DNA from: Lama guanicoe
Taxonomy: Eukaryota
Direction of reading: 5' to 3'
NCBI GenBank assembly: GCA_013239625.1
Contig: MU053487.1
Span: 3,679,058 to 3,743,057 of the forward strand
DNA length: 64,000 nucleotides
Under the pieces are notes generated by a model. The model searched no databases. It worked only from the letters and a program-made list of their open reading frames with translations, and was not told the origin of the DNA. Numbering within the stretch: position 1 is the first letter of the stretch; every line of letters starts with the position of its first letter. Both the position numbers and the translations under genes were made by a program. Of this stretch, positions 13,820 to 25,450 are shown in pieces.

Positions 13820-13990
13820 CATTCGGTGCTGGTTGTAAGGCTCAGATTGGAGTGATCTGTTGTCGTCTGTGGAGCCCTCTGACACCCTTGGCTTCAGTAT
13901 ATGCCTTCTCTCACTAGCATTTATGGAGGTTAAAGGTGACCCATTGTAGGATTGGAGAGAGGCTGTGTCAACCCCCAGTGCTACCAGCAC
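13820..13990 (-). CDS. SCN10A: SCN10A coding exon 10 (VLVALGVDTASLQSYNGSPL...YNQHRM), I-II loop
   Basis: 171 nt, ctcttcag| acceptor, ATG|GTAAGG donor. Confidence 0.95.
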
Positions 13991-14688
13991 CTGAAGAGAG
14001 AGAACAGCAAGTGTAGCCAACAGTATCTGGTTGAACTTAGCATAAATGTATGTTCCCCCCCAGACCTGGGGTGTCACAGAGATGAGAGCATCTAAAACAG
14101 AGGAGGTCAGGATGAAGACCTGGGTGGTGGTGGGACTGAGACATGGCAGCAAGAGCCACCTCTGGATCACCTCTGTCATTCATATCCTGTAGATTCTGTT
14201 GATACCCTGCCCAGATCTCTTTTACCAGGAAAGTACACTCATCTCCAGCGATTTGAACATTACCTACTAATGGGTTACAGCTACAGCCTTCCCCAGACAA
14301 TTTCCTTTGACTGCATATTTGGCTGGGGCCAGTATAAGGGGTAAAAAGGGCTAGCCCTCTTGCCTCAGGGTGGAGCTAACTCTGGTAGAAGTCATGCCCT
14401 GGAGCTCCCCATGGAATCAGGCTGAAGGTAGTCTTTAGCTGAGATCACTTTCTTGTTTAATTCTTCCCCTGTCTCATCTTGTTTCCTTCACTCCTCTCCT
14501 GAGAGCACCCCTCAATGAATCACTTCCACAAGCTCTTCATTCATATTCTTTTTTGAGACAACCTAACCTAAGATGAATCTTCCTACAGTTCCCTAAAATG
14601 TCAGGCTTAATGTAAGAGGCTGGTCCAGATCTCTGCCCAAGGACATACAGTCTGCAATTGACTCCACAAAGATCCACCCCTAACAGAC

Positions 14689-14886
14689 CTCTTGTTCCTT
14701 CCGGAGCAACTTGAGGGCCTCTTGGAAGTTCTTCTCCTTGGTTTCAGTTTCATCAATGGTTGCTTGGTTCTGCTCCTCATATGCCATGGTGACCACAGCC
14801 AAGATCAAGTTAACCAGGTAGAAAGACCCCAGGAAGATAACAAGCACGAAAAAAACCATATACATTTTCCCAGAAGCCCTCAGGGT
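14689..14886 (-). CDS. SCN10A: SCN10A coding exon 9 ([42 protein letters not shown]...RKEQE), DI-S6
   Basis: 198 nt, tcttcag| acceptor, GAG|GTCTGT donor. Confidence 0.97.
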
Positions 14887-14981
14887 CTGAAGATTCAAAA
14901 GAAAGAAGAGAGACATGTACCCAGAGAACATGGGCCTCTGACATGGTCAGGGTTCTCCAGGAAAACTGTAGTCAAGCAGAC

Positions 14982-15423
14982 TTAGAGATGATCACACTAA
15001 GTGAAGTAATATAGAGAAAGACAAGTATCATATGATAACACTTACATGTGGAATCTAAAATAAGATGCAAATGAACTTATTTATAAAGCAGAAACAGACT
15101 CATAGACATAGAAAAGAAATTTATGTTAACAAAATGAAAGGGAAGGGAGGGGAGGAATAAATTAGGAGTTTGGGATTAGCAGATACAAACTATTATATAT
15201 AAAATGACAAACAACAAGGTTCCACTACTGTGTAGCACAGGGAACTATTTCAATATCTTATAATAACCTATAATGGAAAATAATATAAAGAGGAGTTTAT
15301 GTACACACATACACACACATATATGTATAACTGAATCACTCTGCTGTACCCCAGAAACTAATGCAACACTGCAAATCAACTATTACTTTAATTTAAAAAA
15401 TTTTTAAAAATCTTAAAAAAAAA
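14982..15423 (+). mobile_element. 5'-truncated L1 3' end (cetartiodactyl-type) with A tail and diverged TSD
   Basis: ctaagtgaagtaa...gtagcacagggaactattt...ataactgaatcactctgctgta...polyA; flanks aaaactgtagtcaagcagac / aaaatgtagccatgcatac. Confidence 0.85.
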
Positions 15424-15479
15424 TGTAGCCATGCATACAGCCTTCATCTCAGTCTGTATGGGGACAGGCAGATCAGTAC

Positions 15480-15621
15480 CTGCTGGTAGAGGCGTTCCCA
15501 GGAATCCTGTGTCATGAGGCGGAACAATGAGAGGAAAGCCCAAGCGAAGGAATCAAAGCTGGTGTAGTTAAAATCTGGGTTGCTGGATGTTTTAAGGCAG
15601 AAATAACCCTCAGGGCAGTGG
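15480..15621 (-). CDS. SCN10A: SCN10A coding exon 8 ([47 protein letters not shown]), DI pore loop
   Basis: 142 nt, AG/GT ends; DEKA filter Asp (15504-15506) followed by Ser (15501-15503), the TTX-resistance residue. Confidence 0.97.
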
Positions 15622-18404
15622 CTGTAGCAAAAACAGAGACGGTCATCAGTTTCACAGCCTCCTAAGCTTACTGGGGGCAAAGCAGCCCAGGGCTGTGGGA
15701 AGAGCACAGGGTTTGAAGTCAAAGACTGGAGTTCAGGGACTAGTCTTCCTTCTATTAGCTGGGTGACCTTGGTCACTCAGTCTCTTTAGGTCTCAGTTTC
15801 TCTTGCCCATCAAATGGGGATGAGGAAATGTTTACTTCAGGGTTTCATGTAGAGGGAAATGCCTTGGAGAAGGCTAGTTGGCTGCCCAGACATGATCCCA
15901 TAAGGTGGAAAGCTCTTCGCAAATTCACACCAGATGAGGGAGAATCAGTATCAATAATGCAGACTTAAAACCTGAGCCAGCTGGCATCACCGGCAGAGTT
16001 GTCTTTGAAAGGAGGACTCACATTAGCCAAGTTCAGTGACCGATTATATGTAACAAAGAAAACAACTGTCACTTACTGAACATTTACTGTGTGCCTCTCT
16101 CTCCCCTAAGTGCTTTACAAATGCTGTAATTGAATCATCGCAACAATCTTTTTTTTTTTCTTGCAAATGTGGAAGCTGGGGTTCAGAGAGAAGTCAGTTG
16201 TCTAGGACCACACAGATGTCAATGGATTTATTTAAAAGGAAAACTATAACCGTCAAGTAGCCTATGAAGACTGACCTATGAAGGAAGGCCAGATTGAAGA
16301 TGATTGTTTGGTAAGTGCTGGGGTGGGGAGTGCCGTATTGCTCTCTCATAATAAGGGGTGAGTTGATGTCGTGAAGTATCTCTAAGCTCAAGGCATGTGA
16401 GGTGCTCTCCTCCACCCCAGTGGGATGGTCTGTTTAAGGGAACAGTAATGCCTTTTTTGTGGTGCAGGGTTCTACTTTAGGATTCCTCCACCAACACCAA
16501 TCTTATTCCAGACATCCACGCAAACATACAATCTTGGGACCCATACAATCGATTAGGGCCAGACAACTTGATTATAACCAAATCCCTATTCTATCCCCAG
16601 CCTTGGTTGGAGATTTGTGAGTCCCAGACTCTGTGGACCCATATTTAAAGACAGTCTCTTGGTTTTGCTCTCCCAAGGAGCTAGTTAACCTGTAGGTTTG
16701 GTAATTAACTCCAAGGGCAGCCTATTTCTACATCTTCTGTAGAGTCCCCCTGTAGCTGCTACACATCATCAGCTAACTGCTTTGAGAACTAAATGAGACT
16801 GAGGTGCAAAGGTTCTTGCAAAGTGCCTTCAACACAGTAAATATTATATGCAAAATGCAAAATTAAAATTCTTGGTGTTTTTAACCTGAAGCTACCAAAA
16901 GGATGGACTGGAATAACATATGTGAAAGAATGCTGAAAATCATCAAGTATTTCCTGGTACTTGTTCTCCACCTTGAGACCCCAGATTTTCTTTCTACAGT
17001 GCCACTGGTCAGGGTGGGCTTTTGCTCAGGGCTCTGGCTTTTCAGAGGGTCAGCACAGTACCCGGGTTTGGTATTGACAGCATGCCCGTTAGGGCTCACT
17101 CCACCCATCGTCTGACCTGGCCTCTACTTGACATCCCAGCCCAATCCATTCCTGTCTCACGTGGCCAGGGCCTACCCAGCAGGGTATCTGGTCTTTCTCA
17201 GAGCTTGGATCCCAGGAACCGATCCATGGAGCTTGGAGACCACAGACAGGGCTCGTGCTACTGTGGAACCATCCTCATGAGAAATGCCATTATTCAGACA
17301 GGAAAAGGACACTGAGGGGCCCTCGGTTTTGACTTTAAGTCAAAGGCAAATGAAAACTGACCTCAGAACATCCCTCTCTCTGAGCTCAGGAACCAAATGC
17401 CAACTGCATTTGTGAAGAAAGAGGCCAAGGGGCCCATGATGCTCAAATTCTCCTGTTCGTCCCAGCGCTCAGCAATAGCTGAGATTGTTTTCCTAGTGAG
17501 CTGATTAGGGCAGAACTCCATGCAGGTCCCACCCAGCTCCACTTGCACAGTATAGTTCTGTTGGCCACTCGGGGAGCAAGGTCATGTGGGCTTGGGGTTC
17601 CAGACGCCCCCACCATGGAGATTCGGGAGATGAGCCTTTCCGATCTGCTGCCTGATCTCTCTGCTCATGCCTCCACCTGTCGTCAAGGCAGCAGGCAGAC
17701 CTGAAGAGTCCCCTACCCCTTTGCTTTGTCTCACATTCTGTTCTGCTACCTGGAATGGCTCTGTGCAAACCCTCTCGTGCTCACCCAGCCTGGAGACATC
17801 CCTTCAATCTCACTTCAACCACCACCTCTAGGAAACCTTCCCTGACATCCTTCCTGCTTCACACCATCATCTTGCTGTGTTTCCCCAGCCTGTGGAGCTT
17901 CTAGGACAACCCTGGATCTCCACAGTATAGCATCTTTATGTATGTGCATCAGAGCTCACAAACTGGCAGATTTCTGGCTGTTTTTGCACTGCTGAAACAT
18001 TTTGTTTGGCCCACAATATGCAGACATTTTTGGAATTGGTAGCCAATGTTTATAGTTAGGAGAGTTCACATAAAATTCTAAATCTCCCATCTCTCTTTTA
18101 AGATTTGGAAGGTTTGGAAGCAGTGGACCCACATTTCCACATGACTTCCAAAAGCTGGACTGGTCAATGGCTACCCCTTTAGATGCGGCATGAACTGTCA
18201 TTGCCGTGGTTCCCACCCAGCCTACTCCTCACATTTGTTGTTATGTGTCTGGCTTCTATAAGGACTTGAGATTGCCAAGTCTGATGCATGTGTTCTTTCC
18301 TCTGTTATGTGAGGATAATAAAACCCATGTGATGAAGTTGTGATAATTAAACATACAGCATCTGACACAAACCATATTTAATAAATATTGGTTCCCTCCT
18401 GGGG

Positions 18405-18905
18405 TAGACTGTTTGCAAAAATGATTACAATTATTCCCCTCCCTGTACCCATATCCCTTAGAAATGAGATGTTGCAGGTTCTCCCATCAAGAGATAGAGT
18501 CTGTTTCCCCCACTGCTTGGGTCTGGACTGGCCTGTGCCTTGCTTTAGTCAATAGGATGCAGTAGAAGTGACATTGTGCCTTGGCCTCAAGAGACCTTGC
18601 CCACTTCCACTCTTTCTCTTGGAATCCTGCCTCCACCATGAGAATAAGCCTGGGCCAGTCTGTTGAGGGATGAGAGAACAGATGGAGAAGAGACAAGACA
18701 CCCCAGCTGAGGCTCTCCTAGATCCGTTGGACCCCTGCTAATCTGTTCACTCTGTAGATGCATAAATGAGCCCAGTCAACACTAGAAGAGCATCAGGCTG
18801 ATCGCAGCCCAATGTGCAGATGCACAGAATTCTGAGCTAAATAAATGGCTGATGTTTTAAGCCACAGAATCTTGGAGGTTGTTGGTTATACAGCAAGCAC
18901 TAACT
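18405..18905 (+). mobile_element. MaLR LTR (MLT1-like)
   Basis: 3' end taaataaatggctgatgttttaagccacagaatcttggaggttgttggttatacagcaagcactaactcataca is typical of MLT1. Confidence 0.7.
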
Positions 18906-19067
18906 CATACACTCCCTCTCCATGAGCCTGGGATGGCAGAGGCCGTGAATCATTAATTTCTACATCTTCCTCAGGACTTGCAACCCAGGCTTCACCCATA
19001 AAGAGCTGATGGCAAGAAGAAGGAAGGGCTGCTAGGCATTGTGCTTTGTCATAGGTTGGACACTCAC

Positions 19068-19131
19068 CCTGAATCAGATCCATAGCCACACAGTAAAGGA
19101 TCAGAGGTGCCTGGTTTGTTTTTGTAGAAAT
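19068..19131 (-). CDS. SCN10A: SCN10A coding exon 7 (xFYKNKPGTSDPLLCGYGSDSG)
   Basis: cctttattttgcag| acceptor, 64 nt, donor GTGAGT; DPLLCG motif of the DI turret. Confidence 0.94.
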
Positions 19132-19566
19132 CTGCAAAATAAAGGAAGACGTGAAAGCCTCATATAGGGTTTTGAACCCTCAAGTCAAGCCTTGAGTGGT
19201 GAAAGCAACACTGGTTGAGTCTTCTGCCCAAGCAAGGCGAGCTCCTTTGGCTGTCTGCCCTCAGTGGACAAGCCTGAATGCAGGGAAGGGAATATGTCTC
19301 ATCTGGGAAGAGAAAAGCTGGGGACTGGCTTCAGCTCTGAGCCTCCTCCAGAAGAAGCAAAATGACCTGTCCCTGGATTTACAGCTCATTTCCTTATAAA
19401 AGGGACACTGGGCAACAGAAAACGGGTGGCCCCTAAACTAAAACCCAACTCAGGAGAAGCATTTCAGCAGGAAAGAGGGATCAAAATATATGTCTGTACA
19501 TGGATGCAGGTCCTTAACAACCCCGGCCAACCAGATCTTGATCCCTACAACAGAAATTTCACTTGC

Positions 19567-19758
19567 GTTTTTCGTGAGAAGAATAATTGGCTGTCTCGTT
19601 GACAGCTGTGCAATTCTTGACACATTTGTTCTTGAGGTTGCCCTTGAAGAGCTGCAGGCCGACCAGGGCAAAGACACTCAGGCAGAAGACGGTGAGAATG
19701 GTCACATCAGCCAGCTTCCTCACTGAGTGGATCAGGGCCCCCACGATGACCTTCAGCC
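19567..19758 (-). CDS. SCN10A: SCN10A coding exon 6 ([13 protein letters not shown]...[22 protein letters not shown]), DI-S5; 3' end inferred at a GC donor
   Basis: cccacag| acceptor. AC|GCAAGT (192 nt) is a frame-preserving donor-like site just before the TGA at 19559-19561; no equivalent GT donor was found there. Confidence 0.85.
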
Positions 19759-21029
19759 CTGTGGGAAGATGACAGCAATACTCCCACATGGATGAGATGC
19801 CACACACAGAGCACACGTGTGTGCCTGGCACGCTTGCATCTTAGCTGTCCTACCCTCTCATCATGTACGGGTGTGAGGTGTTTTGCAAACTGGCAGCTCC
19901 AAGCCCAGTTCCTCATCTGAACTTTACAATAAACCCAAGAAGCAGGCAGGTGGAGATTACTGTCCCATTGTAAAAATGAGGTAACTGAGACTCAGGCAAT
20001 GCATTTTTAAAATCAGTCTGAAGCTAATAAATTTTTGACAGTAGCGATTCAATTTAGAAACTAATCGTTGAGTACCTGCTGTGTTCCCGGCACTGTGCTG
20101 GGGGTAAGACTACTAACTTCACTCCAGTCATTTGGTATTTGTTTTTCTGTCCTCATCTCAGTCCTGGGAGGCAGCTTGAGGCTGGGGACACATGAACCTC
20201 AGTGCATGTATGCATGTCTGTGTGTGTGTGTGAGAAAGAGAGAGAGGTGGGAAGGAGGAGGAGGGGGAGGAGGAAGAGAAAGAGGAGGAGAGGGAGGAAG
20301 AGGGGTGAGGGAGAGACACACAAGGGAGATAGAATGAGACAGAGACACAAAGACACAGAGAGATGAACACAGCAATAAAGCGAGGCCATGAGAGACACCG
20401 AGAGTCACTGAGGCAGAAAAAGACTCTGAGAAGGAGCACAGCTGGTAGCAAAGATGGGGCCCCTGCTTGTTTAAAGAAGGATGATTTTTTGCTCTGGCAA
20501 AGGAAATCACCTTCTTTGGGGAAGCAGCTCCACAAGTAGCAGAAAGAGCTGTCTGACCAGGGAAGCAGGTGGCGAGCTAGCCTTGCCTTGTCATTTTGGT
20601 CAGCAAATAACCCACTGAGTACCCCCTGGCCCATGTGGTCCCTGCCTGGGAGCCAAGCAATTGTTAAGGCACTGGCGTGGGGTGGTGTATGCAGTGAGGG
20701 GAAACTACATCACTGAGCAGGTGGGCACACTTAGGAACAGCGCTCACAGAAGCCTGGGGCTGGGGTGGGGTGGGGTGGGGTAGGATTTGGGGAAGTTAGG
20801 GGAAGACCAGGCAGTCTCCTTGAGGAGGTCAGACCATGGCAGAGCCCTGAGGATGAATATGGGTTGAATGAAGAGAGGAGGAGGGATCCTCCTGACAGAA
20901 GAGCAGCGTGGCCAAAGGCTGGAAGATGAGCAAAGGCACGGAGTGTTTGTGGAACCACAAGCTGATTCTGGAAGGTGATGCAAGGTGGTTGGTAGAGGAG
21001 AGAGATGACGCAGGAGGAGGGTCTGGAGA

Positions 21030-21668
21030 GGCCAGGTCTGGTGCACAACACTCAAGGTCTTCCTGGCTAAGAGTTGGTGAGAGAGACACCAAGCAGCAGA
21101 ACTGACTACTCATTGCTATGATTTTCTTCATGAAGAATCTTCCCCAGTAGACCTTGAGCTTCATTATATGCTCACTGTAACACGTTAGCATGATAAATAA
21201 CATGCCCACAGGTGTCATGACAGTCCCAAGGCTAACCACAAAAGGTCAAAGAGTGGGCTGCAGCCCACTTCCTGGGAATCCCAGCCCCTTCCACAGGGTA
21301 GCTGGAATACTCCTCCCACTTGTAGGCGTGGAGCTACTGAGCCCATAAAAACTGCCAACACCACGCCTCATTGCTGCCTCTTTTTGCTCCCTCATATTTG
21401 GAGGCAGCCCGCACTCTGTCTATGGAGTGTGTACCTACTTTTACTTTAACCCGAGCTCCTAACCCCCACACCTCGTGGCCTTTCTCTTGCTTTACACTCT
21501 ATGCAGTACGTATCTCTGCAAATAAATCTTTTATTCAACTGTGTCTCGCTCTTGAATTATTTCTTGCACGAAGCCAAGGACCCACACTTGGCAGGGCACG
21601 TCCCAGGGACTCAACGGAGACCTGGGACATGGCCCTCCTCACGCCCAACATCTGTTTTTCCTGCATCA
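21030..21668 (+). mobile_element. ERV1-class LTR (MER41-like); 5' boundary approximate
   Basis: cccataaaaac TATA-like box, gcagcccgcactctgtctatggagt, aataaa, gtctcgctcttgaattatttcttgcacgaagccaaggaccc, terminal ...tcctgcatca. Confidence 0.7.
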
Positions 21669-22224
21669 GCAACAGAGATCTTGGCGCCCACTGAGATGAA
21701 CTCGGCTGGACTACTTTGGTTGCTGAATTGTCCGTAATCAAGAATTGCCTAATTATTTTCTCTTCTGTAGGATCAAAGACAGGGCTGAGGCTCAAACTTT
21801 CAGATTCTTGGAAATGGTGAAGACACTCACCAGACACTGCCTTTTCACCTCTTCCCTGTTTTCAAGTTTACACTTTTGGTGTAAAGTATAAATGAGAATC
21901 TGACTAGAGGCTTGCCTGAACCCCCTAAATGCAAACATATAACGAAGACGTGGCTGTCTCATCATTTACTGATGGTGAGGTCATGTGTTCTATGGACAGA
22001 GCGTTGGTTAGGAACTGGGATGTGAGGTTTCCAGGTCATACTTCGCCTTTAGGGATGAGGATTTGGGTTTTTGTCTTCTACTCTCTGGGCCTCAGTTTCC
22101 TTGTCTCTCAAATGGGGACAATAGTCCATGCCCTGGAATTTTATGGGGCTTTTGTGAAAATCAAAGCAGGCTGTGGAAACAACACACACTCTATGAATAA
22201 ACATGCTGATTTAAAGCAGCTCAC

Positions 22225-22316
22225 CCGGGATCACAGACACCGTCTTTAAAGCTCTAAGAACTCTGAATGTCCGCAGGCCCGAGATCCCTCGGCGATCTAT
22301 TGCTTCACATATGTAT
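22225..22316 (-). CDS. SCN10A: SCN10A coding exon 5 ([30 protein letters not shown]), DI S3-S4 voltage sensor
   Basis: tcctacag| acceptor, 92 nt, donor GTGAGC; S4 RxxRxxRxxK pattern. Confidence 0.97.
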
Positions 22317-22914
22317 CTGTAGGACCAGAACTCAGTCAGCAACTCTGTAAGAAGAGGGTCTTGGGGGAATTCATGCGGCATAAATAAGTAAGAACAACGT
22401 TGGGTAACATGAGCCTAGGAAGGACCCAGAACAGACACTGAGAATCTACTAGCACTTCTACCTATAGACTGAAGCCGACATTAACTTAATTATGGCACTA
22501 TTTTCCAGAATGGCCCCTTTGAAAAGATGCATTATGATCTAGGAGGCTCCGTGGGCTACGGATGGATGGATGGATATTCTAGCATGTAGGTGTGGCCAAC
22601 CAGTCTCGTCAGGCCCTGGTTCCTCAGGGAAAGGCCTTCACGTCTGGTAGGTACAAGGCTGAGCCTTGTCTGATTCACTCTGGCAGGCCAGTTATCAGCT
22701 CAGATCTGAGGTCTCCAACTTCTCCCCAAGGGTGTGGGACTAACCTTGGAAAATGGCTCCCAGAGCAATAGTCTGTGTCAAAGAAACCCCTGGCCATGCA
22801 GTCCCGAATAAGGAAGCTGAACAGAGATAAGGGGACATTCCCAGAGTGGAAGCCTGGACACACCGACAAGCCCCACACAGACATACAAACAGATCAGCAT
22901 GGAGAAACACTCAC

Positions 22915-23043
22915 GCCAGGGTGATGACACTAAAATCCAGCCAGTTCCAAGGATCCCGCAGGTAAGTGAACTCATTTAGACAAAATCCTCTTGCCAGTAT
23001 CTTTATCAAGGCTTCAAAGGTATAAATGACAGTGAAGACATAT
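22915..23043 (-). CDS. SCN10A: SCN10A coding exon 4 ([43 protein letters not shown]), DI-S2/S3
   Basis: cttccag| acceptor, 129 nt, donor GTGAGT; contains the canonical [10 protein letters not shown] motif. Confidence 0.97.
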
Positions 23044-23767
23044 CTGGAAGGGAAGGTGGAAAAGGAGTATTAACTGTTCCTTGGAGAGAAGTCAAAGGGA
23101 GCATTGCTGTGATGGTTCCAAAGGAAAACACGTGAAGATTATCACCGAGGAGGGGAAGGGGAAGAAGGGAAGGCAGGGAGGTGAGACACAGACTGAGGAA
23201 CTCAGGGGAGGCACACAGATGCTGGAGAGTCAGGAGGAGGGATGGGTGTGGCTGAGATGACTGGCAGCATCTGCTGCTCAGAAGGTAGGCAGAGGCCAAT
23301 GACCGGCAACCACTGCAAGGTTCAGAACAAAGTTTCTTTAATTCTGTGAGGTTCCCCGAGGCTCCCTGCCCTGAGTGAGGGAAGCTGGTAGCTCCTCTCT
23401 CAATTTGTTGACTGCTGAGGATTTGGCGGAGGAAGGAGGCTCTGCTATATCCCTCCTCTCCAAACTTTGTTACTTTCTCACTTCTTCTCACCCCATGCTT
23501 GGTCTGCCAGCATTTCTGGCTTCAGGGATCCCAGTCTAAGAGCCACAGAAGGCAGTAAACAGGTAGGTGCCATGGAAGAAAAAAAGCATTTAAATTCACA
23601 AACATTTTCTCAGGAAGATGGATCCTGTTAGAGGAAGTCATCTCAAAATAGCCTTTGTATCATGCTGGGCACTTTGTGGGTTTGGATTTGAAGTGATGGA
23701 TTAGAAGCTGAGCTTGAGAGGAGGGCCGTATTTCTCAAATGTTCAGAATCCCTCAGTCACTAACAGC

Positions 23768-23958
23768 AGTGGTTCTCAAACTCTAGCCTGCATCTGACCG
23801 ACTACCTGATGGGCTTGTTCAAATGTAGATTTCTGGGCTGTACCCCAGAGTTTCTGATTTGATAAGTCTGGGGTAGGGCCTAAGAACTTGCATTTCTCAC
23901 AAGTTCCCAGCAGCGGCTAATGCAACTGACCTGGAGAACTACCCTTTTAGAACCACTG
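23768..23958. mobile_element. MER5A-like hAT MITE
   Basis: Terminal inverted repeats cagtggttctcaaa ... ttttagaaccactg, ~190 bp. Confidence 0.8.
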
Positions 23959-24423
23959 ACCAAAGGAATTTGGATGCATGCATAAATCACACTTAATTTT
24001 GGCTACATTAAAAAAATTGTAAACACTGTATTATGTTTCATACCAGGAAACACTGGTATAAAAAATGAAGACTTTTGATTAAGTATGGCAGATTGAACCT
24101 TATGTATTTACACCTCTGTCCTTTCTGAAATCCTTCTTAAAGGTAGTGAAAGGAATTTTTTAAAAAGCATACATTCACTAAGACAATGATAACGGAGAGC
24201 ACAACAGCATTTTGGAAATTAGGAGTTAGGACGGATGAGTGGTAACTGACAGAGCAGACCCTAGAAAGCTGAAACCTTAGCTGGAAGGAGGGAGTCAGAA
24301 GCAAGGCAACCCACACCGCAGAGCTTCTTAGGACTTAGGGATGCTAAACACCTCTGAAAGTGGGGTTTGGGGAGATGGTGGCAAGTGGGGCTGAAAGGGC
24401 AGTTTAAAAGTCTTCACAAGAAG

Positions 24424-25450
24424 TGTAATAGGGAAGAACAAATCTGACTCCATATTAGATCTGTTCCTTCAGCTCTAACCCTGGGCTGCTTCTTATGCTT
24501 AGTTATACTGGCTCTGCACCTTTTGTAAAAGAACGTTGCCTATAGCCTGGAATATGCAAGACAGCCCATTCCCAAGGCTCTGATCTTGAAGGGTCTGACA
24601 CTTTCCCATCCATACAGAGATACAAAGTTGCAGGACAGAGAATGGCCTTTGTCTTGGTGGTAGTTTACGGGGACACCATAACCTGACCAGCTGCAAGAAC
24701 AAAGGATTCCAACACCAAGAAAACCAACCACGCCCCTTCCCCTTTTTAGTGTAAAAGTAACTTGAATTCCGACTTGGGTAAGATGGTGGTCTGGGACATT
24801 AGTACCCTACCTTCTCTGCCCCCTGGCTTTCCAAAAAAAAAAAAATTATTTCTTGCCTTAACACCTGTCGGGCAGCAAGCAGAAAGAGTTTGGACTTGGT
24901 AACAAATTTGGGGGAAGCCAGCCGGGGGCCCTGCTGTTCATGGCCAGCCAGCCCTGGTTGGGGAATTTTGGAGTAAGGCTCTAGCAGCTTCTGGGACCAA
25001 CTGTTCTGAGGATCTTCCCTTCAGAATTCCTGGAAGCAGCACCGGCTACCCTAGTGCTTGGCAGTTAGAGCAAGAAATTGGCATCTGGGAGCCGATGGGC
25101 TCCACACAGTAGGGTGAGTCACTTCAGTGTGGACAGCCGGAAGCTTCATTACTTTCCATTTGGGTTTTTTTTTTTCCCCTCCAGAATAAGCCAATTTCGT
25201 TTTGTATTTGAGTGGGGTACCCTGTTGGAGAGAGGAAATAGTTGTTAGACTTTTACCTGATTTATGAGCTGGTTCATTTGTTTCTTTAGATGCTAGCATT
25301 TGTGTGCACTGTTTGTGTTTTGTTTGCCCTGTATTTCTGTCTTTAAAAAGTGGGGAATATTTCAACCATCCCTAAGGAAAGTCTTCTGAGGTGCATTTTG
25401 GATAAGTGGTCTGATTCCAGCTACGAACTCACGCCTAAGAGGAAGATGAA
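24424..25450 (+). mobile_element. Truncated ERV1 provirus: 5' LTR (24424-24904), PBS, leader and decayed gag start (~25350)
   Basis: TG...CA bounded 481-bp LTR, tgggggaagccagccggg PBS-like sequence, then gtg-GNISTIPKESLLRCILDKW resembling a gamma-like Gag matrix N-terminus. Confidence 0.75.

Noticed and set aside
21682..21700. tggcgccca PBS-like motif after the LTR at 21668
   Set aside because: Offset about 14 nt from the LTR end, short match, and no internal ERV sequence follows.
22317..22914. Duplicated neonatal/adult S3-S4 exon
   Set aside because: No second [15 protein letters not shown] sequence was found near exon 5.
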